Positions 39,744-52,605 of a DNA stretch of 64,000 nucleotides are shown one piece after another. The stretch spans positions 29,574,001 to 29,638,000 of the forward strand of contig NC_043020.1 in NCBI RefSeq assembly GCF_006345805.1, in the 5' to 3' direction. The translations under genes and the position numbers were made by a program. The number at the start of each line of letters is the position of its first letter. Position 1 is the first letter of the stretch. The notes under the pieces were generated by a model. It made no database searches. It saw nothing but the letters and a program-made list of their open reading frames with translations, and was not told the DNA's origin. This DNA comes from Octopus sinensis (lineage: Eukaryota).

Positions 39744-40186
39744 TTACTTAAGCCCTTTGCTCTCTATGGAACATAGGCCACTGGTGACTTTTCTCCACTA
39801 TGCTCAACTTTGGGCCCTTTGTTCTGCTTCTCCCAAGTTAGATCCCTGATTTTTCAGCTCTGCCTCAATATCCTACCTCCAACTATTTTTAGGGTTTCCT
39901 CTCCTCTGCCTCATTTCTAAGCATATGTTACCCCACAAGAAGGTCTTTCCTCTCTCGGATCTTGTTGGCTTTGAGCTGTCATTGGTGCTTCTGTAACTTT
40001 ACACTTTTTTTTTTTCTAGATGGAGTTGTTGGCCCTAAGCAAACCCTTTTTATCTCTGGGAAGAGGGGGTCCATATTAGTCTGGCCTCTATCCTATGGCC
40101 TGTCCAGCATAGAAAGCCATACCAGGTTGTCTTTTGCTGGCATGGCCCTCACGGTTGAATCACACAAGCCACCATACCACAACAAG
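39744..40186 (-). mobile_element. Internally deleted RTE derivative, copy 3
   Basis: Minus strand encodes RGNPKNSWR*DIEAELKNQGSNLGEAEQRAQS*A*WRKVTSGLCSIESKGLK*, joined to the same 5' segment as 4537-4973. Confidence 0.65.
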
Positions 40187-40958
40187 AGCTGGATCATTGA
40201 AACAAACCTATTAACTATTTCTGGGGACTCCACCATGTATTTCAAAGAATTTATTCCACAAGAACTTTTACTGCTAATTCTTCTCTTCAACTTTTGTTAT
40301 GTAAGAACTCCTTTTCTCTAAGATTGTCTGTGATCCTGCTGTACCTCTTATGTATCCGCAGTTTCAATCGGGTACACCATTTACCATTCCTACTGACTCT
40401 TTTCCTGTGTATTGTGCTTGGCCATATCTCAGATGACAGTAGAATCCTGTTCTCTTTGCAAACCAAAATTCTTGCTGTTTTTTAGTTTCTCTTTGACTTC
40501 TTTCGATTCTGGTTTTTACTTCCGTGTTTGGAATTTCTTCTCGAATTCTTTGATAGATTTAGCTATAGATGCTGCTATGACTATGTGGTTAAGAACCTTG
40601 CTTCCCAACCATATGGTCTTGGTTTCAGTTCTACTGTGCAGTACCTTGGGTAAAGCATCTTCTATGGCCCCAGGCCAACAAAAGCCTTGTACATGAATTT
40701 GGGAGATAGAAACTGAAAGAAGCCCATTGTATATGTATGTATGTCTCTCTTTGTCCCGTCATCGTGTGATTGTCATTCATTTCCAATAATCTGTGGAAAC
40801 ATGTTTGACCCTGGGGAAATATTACCTTGTTTGGAAACAAGTCAAGGTTGGCAACAGGAAAGGCATCTGGTCAGAGAAAATCTGCCTCAACAAACTCAAT
40901 CCAACTCATGCAAGCTTGGAAAAGTGGATATTAAATGATGATGATGATGGTGATGGTA

Positions 40959-41005
<47 letters not shown>

Positions 41006-42789
41006 TCTTTAATACGAATGAGAAGATAATGATGTCAAGATGGTGGTGGCAGTAGTGGTTAATTAAGTTAAAATGTTTTTTATATTGGGAATGACAGCAA
41101 ATGAAGCTGACAAGTTCTTCTTGAATAGATGGCGCTCTGCTCTGGTATTCCACTGCCTCTAAGCAATGTTTTGTTTCCTTATTTTTTTGCTCTGGGTTCC
41201 TGTAGTTTACCATTGAAACAATCCCCTTCCACCATTAACAAAGGAATGTAACCTATTCTGGAGCACTTGTTCTAACTCACTAGATCAGAATTAATTCCAC
41301 ACAAAGAAGGAATTTGGTTCCATTTTGCTTTTCATCAAAACACAAACTGGGCTATGATTTTTAATAAAAGGGTCCTTAGATGTTTCTGTTATTAAATAAT
41401 AACGTTCTGGCATTGAGTTGTTTTCTATTCTCCGGTCTCTTTTCATTTGGTGCTTCATCTCATCCCCATCCAAATATTTCTCCAGCACCTATATTCCACC
41501 CCACCCCCCATCTCTCTCTCGGTAATTTGCTTCCTGTTCTCATATTCACACATTGGTTACTGAATCTTTAACGCCACAAATAATGTTATATTTCGGTGGT
41601 GCCGTAGTCTCTTGTAGCCTCCCTCGTTCTACTTATGTCTGGAAAAATCTCAGTCACCACTTCACCTCTCCCCCCCCTATCCTCCCCCCCCACCCCCGAC
41701 ATCACTACTTCTGATCAATATGTAATAATAAGCTATCCAGGACATCTGTTGAACATTAATTTCATGTGATTCACATTAAAATTACACCTAACATTAGATA
41801 AGCCAAACCCATCCGAAGTATCACAGAATGGTCATTAAATCAAGATTTGGCTATTAAACAAATATACAAGGATATACATTTAACAGCTTACTTCCTCAGG
41901 TGACACTGAATTAAGATATTAAATCTGTATTACAAACCAAAGCTGAACTAATCTTTTCCGTCAGACAATTCCTTACTCAGATCTTAACAATGAGTTCGAG
42001 ACATCACTCTTCACTTTTGTATATTTTTTTTTAAGTATTTGCTTCGAAACACAATTTTCTCATTCAAACCAAAGTCATTTCTAAAAATGGAAGTATTGGA
42101 GGGGAGGGGCACCAATTGCTAATAAAAGATGTTTTCACAGTCAAAGCTGTTTTTTTTTTCTTTTGAGAGGGGTGGGTATTTGAGGGGGTATTGTCTGTGG
42201 CAGACACAGTAGTTCCTTCACTGATTGCAATAACATATGCTAAAAACCAATTTTCCTAATGTCATTTCAGAGATATGAAAATACTTTTCTTTTCCATTCT
42301 CATATTCAGGTACCACCCATATTCTGGAGTTTCCTTTTTATCTCATTCCGTTTGATTTAAACTTCTTCGAATTTTAAAAGAAAATAATAATAATAATAAA
42401 CTTCTACCTAAAGTTATCAATTATACTTTCAAATCTTCTCCCATTTTCTCTCTCATTAACCATAATTTTCTTCTTGGAATTTTTTTCTATTCCTATCTTT
42501 TATCAGAATTTATTCTCACATAATCTTTAAACATTTTGCAGATTTTTTCCATAAATACTTTTAACTCATTTGTATATTACTATCCTTTAAACAATCAATG
42601 TTCATAAGAACATATTTTTCTCCCCTTGTCTGACTCCTTCAAATCCAATCCCCCTTAGATTGCTTCTAGTCACATGACTCAAAGCTGTTTTAAAATATTC
42701 TTATTTTAATTAAAACTTTTCATCATAATTTAATGAAAGAAAATTTTGTTAATTTGTGATCCAAACAGCAGCTTAATAACAAAACAATC

Positions 42790-43370
42790 AGTTATTTCGT
42801 CAATTCATCCATCTTCTCTGTCCCCTATTCCTTGGAGGGTCATGGAGGGAGAGTCCTCAGGCACCTCCTCCATAGGGTCCTATCAGAAGCAACTGTTATT
42901 ACAGTTCTTGGTTAGGAAGAGCATCCAGCTGTAGAAACTGCCAAATCAAGATTGGAGCCTGGTGCAGCCATCTGGTTTGCCAGCCCTCAGTCAAAATCGT
43001 CCAACCCATGCTAGCATGGAAAGTGGACATTAAACGATGATGATGATGATTCCCAAGTCTGACCGACTGAGATTATGGACACAATCCAACCATCTCATTC
43101 TTGGTCGACATCTAAGTCTCCTTTTGGTTGGCTCAGTTTGAAGAATCCCTCTTGTGATTCTTCCTGTGGCATTCTAACCAAATGTCTATAATTAGTACTG
43201 AAGCTGTAATCTCAATACGAAGAAATAGCGGACTGACATGGAGAGATTCCCTTTTCTCTGATTTATGCATTTTGTCAGGTAATGTTATTCCAGAGGCCAT
43301 TTGCAGGAACCCCATTTTAGCTGCTTCTATTCTAAAACATTGGCATATTTCAAGAATATGGTAATGAGAT
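42790..43370 (-). mobile_element. RTE (Rex3/Expander-like) LINE 3' fragment, interrupted by a retroposon tail at about 42908-43050
   Basis: RIEAAKMGFLQMASGITLPDKMHKSEKRESLHVSPLFLRIE...RWLDCVHNLS...DRTLWRRCLRTLPP resembles RIQAAEMGFLRRVAGLSLRDRVRSS.IREELGVEPLLLRIE. Confidence 0.75.
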
Positions 43371-44464
43371 GTTTAATTTCAGTCACTGAAGAAAAATGTT
43401 AATTTATACACACTTTCAAGGTTCTACACATCAGTTCTCTCTCTTCATGTGCCATGCCTCCAAGAATTAGCAAGCATAAGCCTTCTTGGCAAAGTCTGAA
43501 GATTCCTGATTTTCTTGGAAATCTCCTTACAACAAAGGTTTCTCTTTGCCTTTATTAGTCCCCTGTTCTCACAAGTTTACCTTTGACGCACAGGGCTTAT
43601 TTAATTCTTAGGCAGGGGTTTGGCTTACTTGACATCAAAGTGCGTGCCCACGCACTACTGGACCTGTGTGGCACATGTCCAGGGGCTAGGTCTCCTCTGT
43701 GTCTTGTGTGCCTTAGCCATCACATGAACATCATATGCTTTTTTTGACCCAACTGAGCAATTGCTGCATCCATTCAGGCATTCCTGCCCCACTCATCTTT
43801 CTTAATTTCAACCACCTGAGGTCCTATACTGACCACTACTCTTGGTCCATTTTATTCAGAATGTTGGTCCTCTGGAAGTTCCTTGTTGCTCATTGCAAGT
43901 CAATCACATCTGTAGGTGTTGACTTGCAATAATGTAAGACTAACTGCAAATACATCAATCTCACCAGTCTGGGGGTGGGGAGCCTGCAAAGGCCCCACAT
44001 ACTGTCCCTTCCTCTAGACACAGCACTTAAAAGATTAAAGAAAGAAAAAAAGTTTGTCCAGTTAAGTATAATCTTGGGTTAAACAGTAACAGCAACAACA
44101 ACATACATAGTTAATTAAAACCATCTTCATTTAATTTAATACTAATCTCCTCATTAAATACCTTTATATCTGAGATGAGTTGCTGTTAATAAGATAATTT
44201 TTCAGACTAATTAACCCAATTTTAAGTTATGAAGCGTTTGTTTGTTTTTATTTATATTTACAAGTTCATTGCGTTATGATCAGTTTAATCTCTGATCCTC
44301 ATCTGCCGTCTTATTCCTTGGTGTTGCTCGACATCTGATGACATCATCAGATGTCTTATTTCTTGATATGTCTCCTGGAATCAGAAAGAGACGATTGGGC
44401 ACAGCTGTTTGGACGCTGGCAATTTGGCACGGCTGACTGGGCGCTGAACCTGTTGTGACATACT

Positions 44465-44842
44465 CTTTTACTTTCTTTTACTTGTTTCAGTCATTTGGCT
44501 ATGGCCATGCTGGAGCGCCGCCTTTAGTCGAGCAAATCGACCCCAGGACTTATTCTTTGTAAGCCTAGTACTTATTCTATCGGTCTCTTTTGTCAAACTG
44601 CTAAGTAACGGGGACATAAATACACCACCATCAGTTGTCAAGCGATGTTAGAGAACAGACACACACACACATATAAATGATGGGCTTCTTTCAGTTTCTG
44701 TCTACCAAATCCACTCACAAGGCTTTGGTCGGCCCGAGGCTACAGTAGAAGACACTTGCCCAAGGTGCCATGCAGTGGGAATGAACCCGGAACCATGTGG
44801 TTGGTAAGCAAGCTACTTTACCACACAGCCACTCCTGCACCT
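44465..44842 (-). mobile_element. SINE family A copy, well preserved
   Basis: Reverse complement of 9117-9505. Confidence 0.85.
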
Positions 44843-45639
44843 AATATGCATTACATATAATTTAAAATAGTTTGATTTGGTCTCAAGCAACTTAGCCTAC
44901 AAAACTTTAAGTTGCATGGTGTTGAATCAAACTGTTTTATATAATAATAATAATAATACTAAAGGGTTAAGCCCTTAATCTTGCAAGTTACAAAGCAACT
45001 CCTCTAATACTGGTCCCATATAAAAGCCAACAGCCCTCAGTACCCTCTGTAAAGCGGTTGGCATCAGGAAGGGCATCCAGCTGTAGAAATCATACCAATG
45101 CAAACATTGGAGCCAACAGAGGTAATCTTTACCTGATTGCTTGCTCTGCTAGAAATAACAACCAAATAACCCTCAAGTATTGTAGGGGCCAAGTAGTTAA
45201 GAAGTTTACTTTGTGACTACATGGTTTTGGGTTCACTCCCAGAGCACAGCACTTGGCTAAGTAATGGAAACTGTGAAAGCCTGTTGTGTGTGTGTCCGTC
45301 CACTGTTTGACAATTAGTGTTTCTTTCTGTCCGCATAACTTAGCAGTTTGGCAAAAGGGAGACTAATAGAATGAGGGCCAAACTTAGAATAATTCCTGGG
45401 ATTGATTTGTTCTGTTAAATCCTTCATGACTGAAACAAGTAAAAGATACAAAATAGAAGAATCTTTGAGCAATGTGGTCATGTGTCAGAGGAGGAGGTCA
45501 TGATCGGAATGCTTTCTAATCACAGGTCAGCTGGATCAGGGCTGACTTTGAAGTGTGATGCGCCACACAACAAAAACCTTAAAGGTGACTAAATCTTGGG
45601 GTATTTTTCTTTACAATGAGTTGACTTTTCTTTTGTTGT

Positions 45640-46060
45640 TGTTGTGAAATCAACCTCGCCTACAACCCCGCCTCTTTCTTACGCTTCTTTGCACCACCAC
45701 CCCTGCGTCTTTCTACCCCCCACACACGAAACTTCTCCTCCTCCTTCACCCCCCCCCCACCGGCCGGTCCTTTTTCTTTCTTTCCTTCCTTCCTTCTCAT
45801 TCTCCTCCTCTCCGAAGACGTGGGAGGGGTATGGCTCTCTCTCTCAGCACGCACCCTCACTTCTCCTCCTCCTCCCTTTATATTCCCCCTCTCACAGCCA
45901 CCCGGCTCTCACCTATCGAAATAGGTGAGAGTGGAGTGCCGGTTGGGCGGGGGGAAGGGGGGCAGGATTGCGCCCCACCTATAGCTGTTATTACCAGACC
46001 CGTCATCAGTCACACATGCTTAGACGTTGGCCCCGAACCAGTATAAATTAATAGCAGAAG
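45640..46060 (+). promoter_or_regulatory. CpG-rich promoter-like region
   Basis: Non-repetitive, GC/CpG-elevated sequence with a GC-box GGGCGGG (about 45945) and TATAAAT (46042-46048), 3.6 kb upstream of the ATG exon. Confidence 0.45.
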
Positions 46061-47454
46061 CCATGACAGCAACATTTTATCTATTTATTTATTATTTATT
46101 TCCAACTGGATACCACCAGATCACCATAGTTACTGCTACTACTACTACTACTACCACAACTACCGGCTTACTTCACGCTCATTCCCCCACCTTTCTCTTG
46201 TATCAAGAACAGTTACTACTACTACTACTGCTATCACTACTACTACCACCTCACCACCCGGCTTACCTTGTACCCTTTCCTTTCTCTGGCATCAGGTGCT
46301 ATTGCCGCGGTGACTACAAAACCATTGTTACTTTCCTACCACCACCACCACCACCACCACCACCACAACAACAACCACCACCACCACCACTACTACTACC
46401 ACCGCTACTATTGCTACTACTACGGCTGTCACACACCGACACTATTACAGCTGTTGCTCGTGTCATCGTTGGAAAAGTGCGCGCGCTCTCGCCGCCGGTT
46501 CTCGTCACTGCTACCACTGCTGTATTTACTACTACAACTACCACCACTAATACTACCATCAGCATCCCCCCCACCTCTACTACTAATACTACCAAGACTA
46601 CTACTACTGCTACTACTATTACTACTTCCACAGCCAACATCCATTGTTGTAGATATTTCGTTTCGCAGCATTTTACTAGGAATTTGCTTTCAGTTTCCAA
46701 ATGACAGCATTGATAAATGTGAGGAAAGAGAAACCAGAGAATGAAAGAATAACCGATTGGAATAGCGACGGTGGAACGGAGCGGAACGGAGGCGAAAGAG
46801 CAGAAAGAATTGAGATGAGGAGGTAGAGAGTAAGAGCGAGAGAATTGTGATCAGGGATAGAAAGAATAAAAGAATAGAGAGAATAGGGAAATAGTTACTA
46901 GAAAGGATACAAAATAAAAGCGGGAGAATAAAAGTGAGATAGAATAAAGGTGAGACAGAATGAAGAATAGAGGCGAGAGAAGATTGAGATTAGAGAGAAT
47001 AAACGAATAGAGCGAAAGAAATACAGATTTGACAGAATAGGGACAAAGGAATAAGGAATATCGAGAATAGAAGCGAAACGGAATAACTTGATTCCTTTGG
47101 AGTTTGATTCTGACCGATTCTTCATCTTTTTGCATTCTTCCTCGACGCATTCTTGCCACAATGATTCCTGCTTTGTGGATGATGACGAACCCGGCGATGG
47201 CGACGGGAGGATGAGACAAAAGCGAGGAAGGAAATGATGCGGAGGGGAGAGATGTCGCAAAAGTTGTCTGCTGGGAGCAGACGACAGAGGAATCGTTCAC
47301 CCCACCCACCCTTTGTGCTCTTGGAGCTGGTCTTCGGTTTCTGCTGTTGGTGACGGTGTTGGTGTTGCTTAGTCATAGGTTAGCTGCGATCGAGCAGGAC
47401 TTTGAGATTAAAGGCGTTCTAGCCGTGACCGTCCTGACCTTATATATAAGAAGA

Positions 47455-47680
47455 AGGTGAGCTGGCAGAGTGGTTAGCGCGCCGGGCGAAATGCTTAGCG
47501 GTGTGTCGTCTGTCGTTACGTTCTCAGTTCAAATTCCGCTGAGGTCGACTTTGCCTTTCATCCTTTCGGGGTCGATAAATAAAGTACCAGCTTCGCACTG
47601 GGGTCGATGTAATCGACTTAATCCCTTTGTCTGTCCTTGTTTGTCCCCTCTGCATGTAGCCCCTTGTGGGCAGTAAAGAA

Positions 47681-47682
<2 letters not shown>
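47455..47682 (+). mobile_element. SINE family B copy
   Basis: ggtgagctggcagagtggttagcgcgccgggcgaaatg...cccttgtgggcagtaaagaaata. Confidence 0.9.
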
Positions 47683-47711
<29 letters not shown>

Positions 47712-48641
47712 GACTTTGCAATGTCTTTTTTTGTCTAGGGCGGCCGGGTGAAATTCGAGGGAAGTTGGTTGATATTTCTAGCAGACCTTGCGACTATGTA
47801 CAGGTTCCATGGTTGGCTCGATTCCTTTGTTGATGGTGATGATGATGGTGATGGTGCGGCGGCTTGTGTGCACATGTACCCTCCATTAACTTCGCGCATT
47901 GACACATACCTGGATGAGAGAGAGAGAGAGAGGGATGGGGGGAAAGAGAGAGACTGCGCGCGCGCATGTGTGTATGTAAGAGAGAGAGAGAGAAAGGAAG
48001 AGAAAGAGAGAGAGACTGTCTGCTGCTTGTATTATGTTTATCTACTAATAAATAAATTTTAGTAAAATCTTTCCCTTTATCTAATATTTTTAATTTAAAA
48101 AAACTGTACTTTAATGTATCTTTGTAAAGAGAGTAAAATGAAGATTGGGGGTTCGAATGGAGAAGCGTAAGTTGTGTGTGTGTGTGTGTAATATTATATT
48201 AATAAATTCTACTAAATGTATTTGGTTGCTTTATTTTCTTTCGTTTGCAAATGAATGCATTTTTATTATAAGTAGGAAAGCGCGCGCACACCCCTATACA
48301 CATATATACATGTATGCATACATACGTGTATGTTTGTGTGTGTATCATATATATATATATATTAGAAGAAATGAGGTACTCAGAAATCTGGATGGTTTTA
48401 TATTTACAGATATTTATTTGTATGTTACATGGTTTTATACATCATACATCATATATAAAGAGCGCTTTCATCCATTCTAGTGGAGTTGTCAAATTGAATA
48501 TATATATATTTCGTTTTTTGGATTTTAGGACAATAAAAATAAGAAAAAAGTGGTAATTTTACCGGTGAGTGTGTTAAATAATAAGGCACAAAAAGAAAAT
48601 GACTCTCCCCAGACACAACAGTGTATATGCATGTATGTATG

Positions 48642-48690
<49 letters not shown>

Positions 48691-49647
48691 ATTACATATA
48701 TGGATATATATACTTACATGTATACAACAAGAATGTGTGTGCACAATGGGAACTGTAACAAGGGGGAAAGCGGGGGAGAAGACAGACAGACAGAAGAAGA
48801 GAAAGTAGAAAGTGAATGAGAGGAGGAACAAAAGAGATATGGGGGGGGGGCGGAGAAAGAAAGGGAGAAGGAAAGAAGAAGAGCAACCAAAAGGTATAAA
48901 GAAAGAGAGAGAGAGTGAGAAAGTGGATTGAAGTTTCTTGTAGTAATGCAATCACATGGGAATTAGACGTAAGCCGTTTAACGCTCATTCATACATTAAG
49001 TTTCTCAATCTCTCTTCACCTTCGGAGCTGCAATTTCTTCCTCGCCCCCCACCCGACCCAGCCTCTGCATAATATTGCATTTTTGGTTCAGCGTTAAAGG
49101 ATTTCGCTCGGAAGCTTTGATGTCTTCATGTATTTCTTTGGCTAAACACTAATTGATAATATTTCTCGTTGGGAAGATACGAGTGCATGAAAGGCGACGG
49201 AAGACATATCCTTGTTTATATACAACTTTATTTCAAACTGGCCCACTAGGTTCCCCTGCCAGAAGAGGCAGTCTAGCCATTCTTACTTAGTAACTGTTCG
49301 CACTCCCGTCTAAGCTAAGCTGTGTGGCTGCTGTCAACGGTACTGCTACAGGTGCTTTGTACTAATACTGCTACCCTCGCTACTATCTCCACAACGGCTC
49401 CCACCCTTACCATTTCTACTGCTGCTGATTCAACCAACACCACTGCCACCATTGCCACTACTGGTACTGGCTACTTATACTCCAGGTCCCGACACTCCGT
49501 CCTTAACGAACCGTACCCAGCAGCACCTCGGCGAAAACTTTTCTCATCAAAAAAAACAAATTCCTTTCGAGTAATTTAACTCGCTGAATCTTCCACGATT
49601 TCCATAACCTCAACCATTCAACTTGGTGTCCTTGGAAATATCACATC

Positions 49648-49959
49648 ATGTCTGGGACTCCGTCCAAGAATGGCACTTCGGAACCCATGTTCTTTATGCC
49701 GACATCCAGTCCTGTGAAGCCCCGTGTTAAAACTTCCATGTTTAACGTTGTTGACGATTGTGATGAGAACAAATCGCTCCAATTCGGAGACAATTCCCGG
49801 CGTAAAAGACAAGTTCCCGTGGAAAAGAAAACGCCAGATAGCCCTGCCAACGGCTCCACTGTGACATCACCCTTTTCGATGCACGAAGAAATTCAAGAGG
49901 ACATTCCTGTCCAGGAAATAAGCACGACCACGGCTCAGCCTATAATTTTTTCAGATGGG
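49648..49959 (+). CDS. First coding exon (104 aa) of an unidentified host gene; Ser/Thr/Pro-rich, probably disordered N-terminus
   Basis: ATG in atcATG context (A at -3), with an in-frame TGA upstream at 49585 and no ATG in 49190-49647. The codons are non-repetitive and CpG-retaining (MSGTPSKNGTSEPMFFMP...QPIIFSDG). The phase-0 donor GGG|GTGAGA at 49959/49960 is followed by AT-rich intron-like sequence. Confidence 0.7.
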
Positions 49960-50075
49960 GTGAGAACCTTCAATTTCATGCTTCTCTTTTTCCTTACTTT
50001 TCTTTTTCTTATACTTTCAAACATTATGTCTTCTGTTAACTTTCTCTTGATGTTGTTTCTTCAAAAATATCCTTA

Positions 50076-50120
<45 letters not shown>

Positions 50121-50773
50121 TATATATACACGTATTTATGTATGTATGTATGTATATATGAACGTCTTGGGTTTTTCTTACATTAAAATTATAGATTATT
50201 TTTAACTCTGTATTCGCTACATGGATAATATATGTGTGGGTGACTGTTCTTATTTCTGCCCATGTTTTACTGTCTCCATGTGTCCATTCCGTCGCAAAGT
50301 TTGCACCATGAATTATGCATGCATGTAGTATTCAGAACTAGTGCAGTATACATGCCTGTTTGTATGTGTGTGTGTACGTGAGTGCCTGTGTGTGTCTGCG
50401 TTTTAATTATTAGGTTCAGCTTTGAATTTAAAAATAACGAGCTCTTTTTACAAAACCAAACGTTTATTTACCTAGTTAGCCAGACATGTGTTCTATAACT
50501 ACTACTACTGCACAGGTTCAGAGACTGTTCAGCCCCACCATCGAAATATAAGGGGGCAGAGGTGCTTGTTGTCTGAAAGCCTAACTTTGAATATTCTGAC
50601 TGGGTCTGTTTCTTAAAATTCTGTTAACATGACGTACGTGTTTACACCTCACGTATAATCGTTTACACGCATGCACATACACTGATGCAGTGTGTATATA
50701 TACACCTCTCCAACACATCATACTACAACAGTTCACACATGTGCCTTTCTAACACAGCATGCAACACCAGTTT

Positions 50774-50809
<36 letters not shown>

Positions 50810-51024
50810 CTTACCACTACACCATACAGTACCTCTCAGACCCATTGCAGCCGTACCTTTTTTGACACACCACATGTACATACCACATAGTACCAGTTTA
50901 CAAAATGTGGTATCTCTGACACCACACAGTACCCATGTGCATTTGTACTACTCCAATACACCTCATGGTACCAGTGTTGTACATGTACCTTTCTGATGCA
51001 CCATTCCACAGTCCCAGTATATGA

Positions 51025-51086
<62 letters not shown>

Positions 51087-51147
51087 AAACCATTGGTCAG
51101 TCTGTGACTGGACATAAACTTAACTACTTATAAATACATTACTGCTT

Positions 51148-51185
<38 letters not shown>

Positions 51186-52139
51186 CATCTATCTATCTAC
51201 ATATATATATATATATGTGTGTGTATATATATATATATATTATCCAAAACCGTTTGATTTGGATTCCATGCTACTTCAAGTGTCGAACCACTCAACACCA
51301 ATATACAAATGTGTTTTCTCCAACATACACACACCATTGTCGTACACATGTACCTCTCCAACACACCCACACAACACCAATGTACACGTATATATATCTC
51401 TCCAACATGCCTCACAGAATCACTGAATTCTTGTATCACTTCAACACACCACGAAAGCGCCGGTGTACACACATTCCTCGTCTACACACCACCCAATATT
51501 TCTGTACTCCTGCACCTCTCCGACACATCTTGTCGCACCCTTGTACAAAGGTACCTCTGCCACACCTCATCATGCCGTCGTGTACAAAATATACCTCTCC
51601 AACATACCTCAAAGCACCGTTTTACACATATCCCTTCTACATATTTCCAAGCTCACACACAGCATGACAAACATATCCAAATGAGTCTCTCTTCCTTTCA
51701 TCCTTGGTGGCATGGTGATGACGCTGATGATGATGATGTCATGGTAGACTTTCACATCACGTGTTGGATGCTGGACAGAGGTTGTCGGCAAAAGAAAAAC
51801 TACTAACTCTGTGGTCGACAGAATTTAAAAGCGTGTTTTATAGACGCAGCATCCGTGAACCCGTGGCAGAAAAACATTTAGCGGGAAGTGAGAGGAGAAT
51901 GTTCGGGTAGACTGTTTATTTAAAGGGCTAGATTGAAAAATTAGATTGTGAATAGATGTGTGCATTAAGGGATAGACTCGGTTGGGAGGGGACAGAAAGA
52001 GGGGTAGGTAATACATCTTTGTATCAGTGGTTTTGGGGTAAACTAGGTGGAATTGAGGTAGATAGTACAATCATGCAATCGTGGGTAAACTTGGTAGAAC
52101 TGAGTTGGTGGTGGGGTAGAAAATGCAACCATGGAGTAG

Positions 52140-52605
52140 AACATGGATAATACAGCTACATATACCGGGGGTAGACAATGTAGCATGTTCTATGGGATAG
52201 ATAATATTGCTACATGTATTAGGGGTATATAATATAGCTACATGAACTGGGGTTAGACAGTCTAGCTATATGTACTAAGGGGGTCCATAATACAGCTACA
52301 TGCACTGGGGATAGCTAATACCGCTACTTGTGCTCAAAGGTAGATAAAGCATGTACTAGGGAATAGATAATACTGCTACATGTAACAAGGGATAGAAAAT
52401 ACACCGCCATGTACTAGGGGGTAGATAATGTAGCTACATGTACTAAGACATAGATAATACAGCGACCTGTTCTAGGGGTACATAACATACCTGCATGTAC
52501 TAGGGGTAGACTATACCACTTCATGTACTAGGGGGTAGATAATCTCTGCTGCAGATACTAGGGTAGCTGATAAAACAGCTACATGTTCTACAGGGTAGAT
52601 AATGT
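52140..52605. repeat. Degenerate 28-29-bp minisatellite, about 16 copies
   Basis: Consensus tagataatacagctacatgtactagggg, with more decayed units extending to about 51960. Confidence 0.85.

Noticed and set aside
42290-42760. Possible RT remnant (GVRQGE on the minus strand)
   Set aside because: A single short motif amid many stops is too decayed to call.
46027-46744. 225-aa and 158-aa ORFs with poly-T/P/H
   Set aside because: Triplet repeats (ACT, ACC) keep frames open on both strands; this is more likely UTR or non-coding sequence.
49960-50205. Hydrophobic C-terminal extension of the 185-aa ORF
   Set aside because: It lies after the GTGAGA donor and consists of T-rich intron-like sequence and (TA)n.
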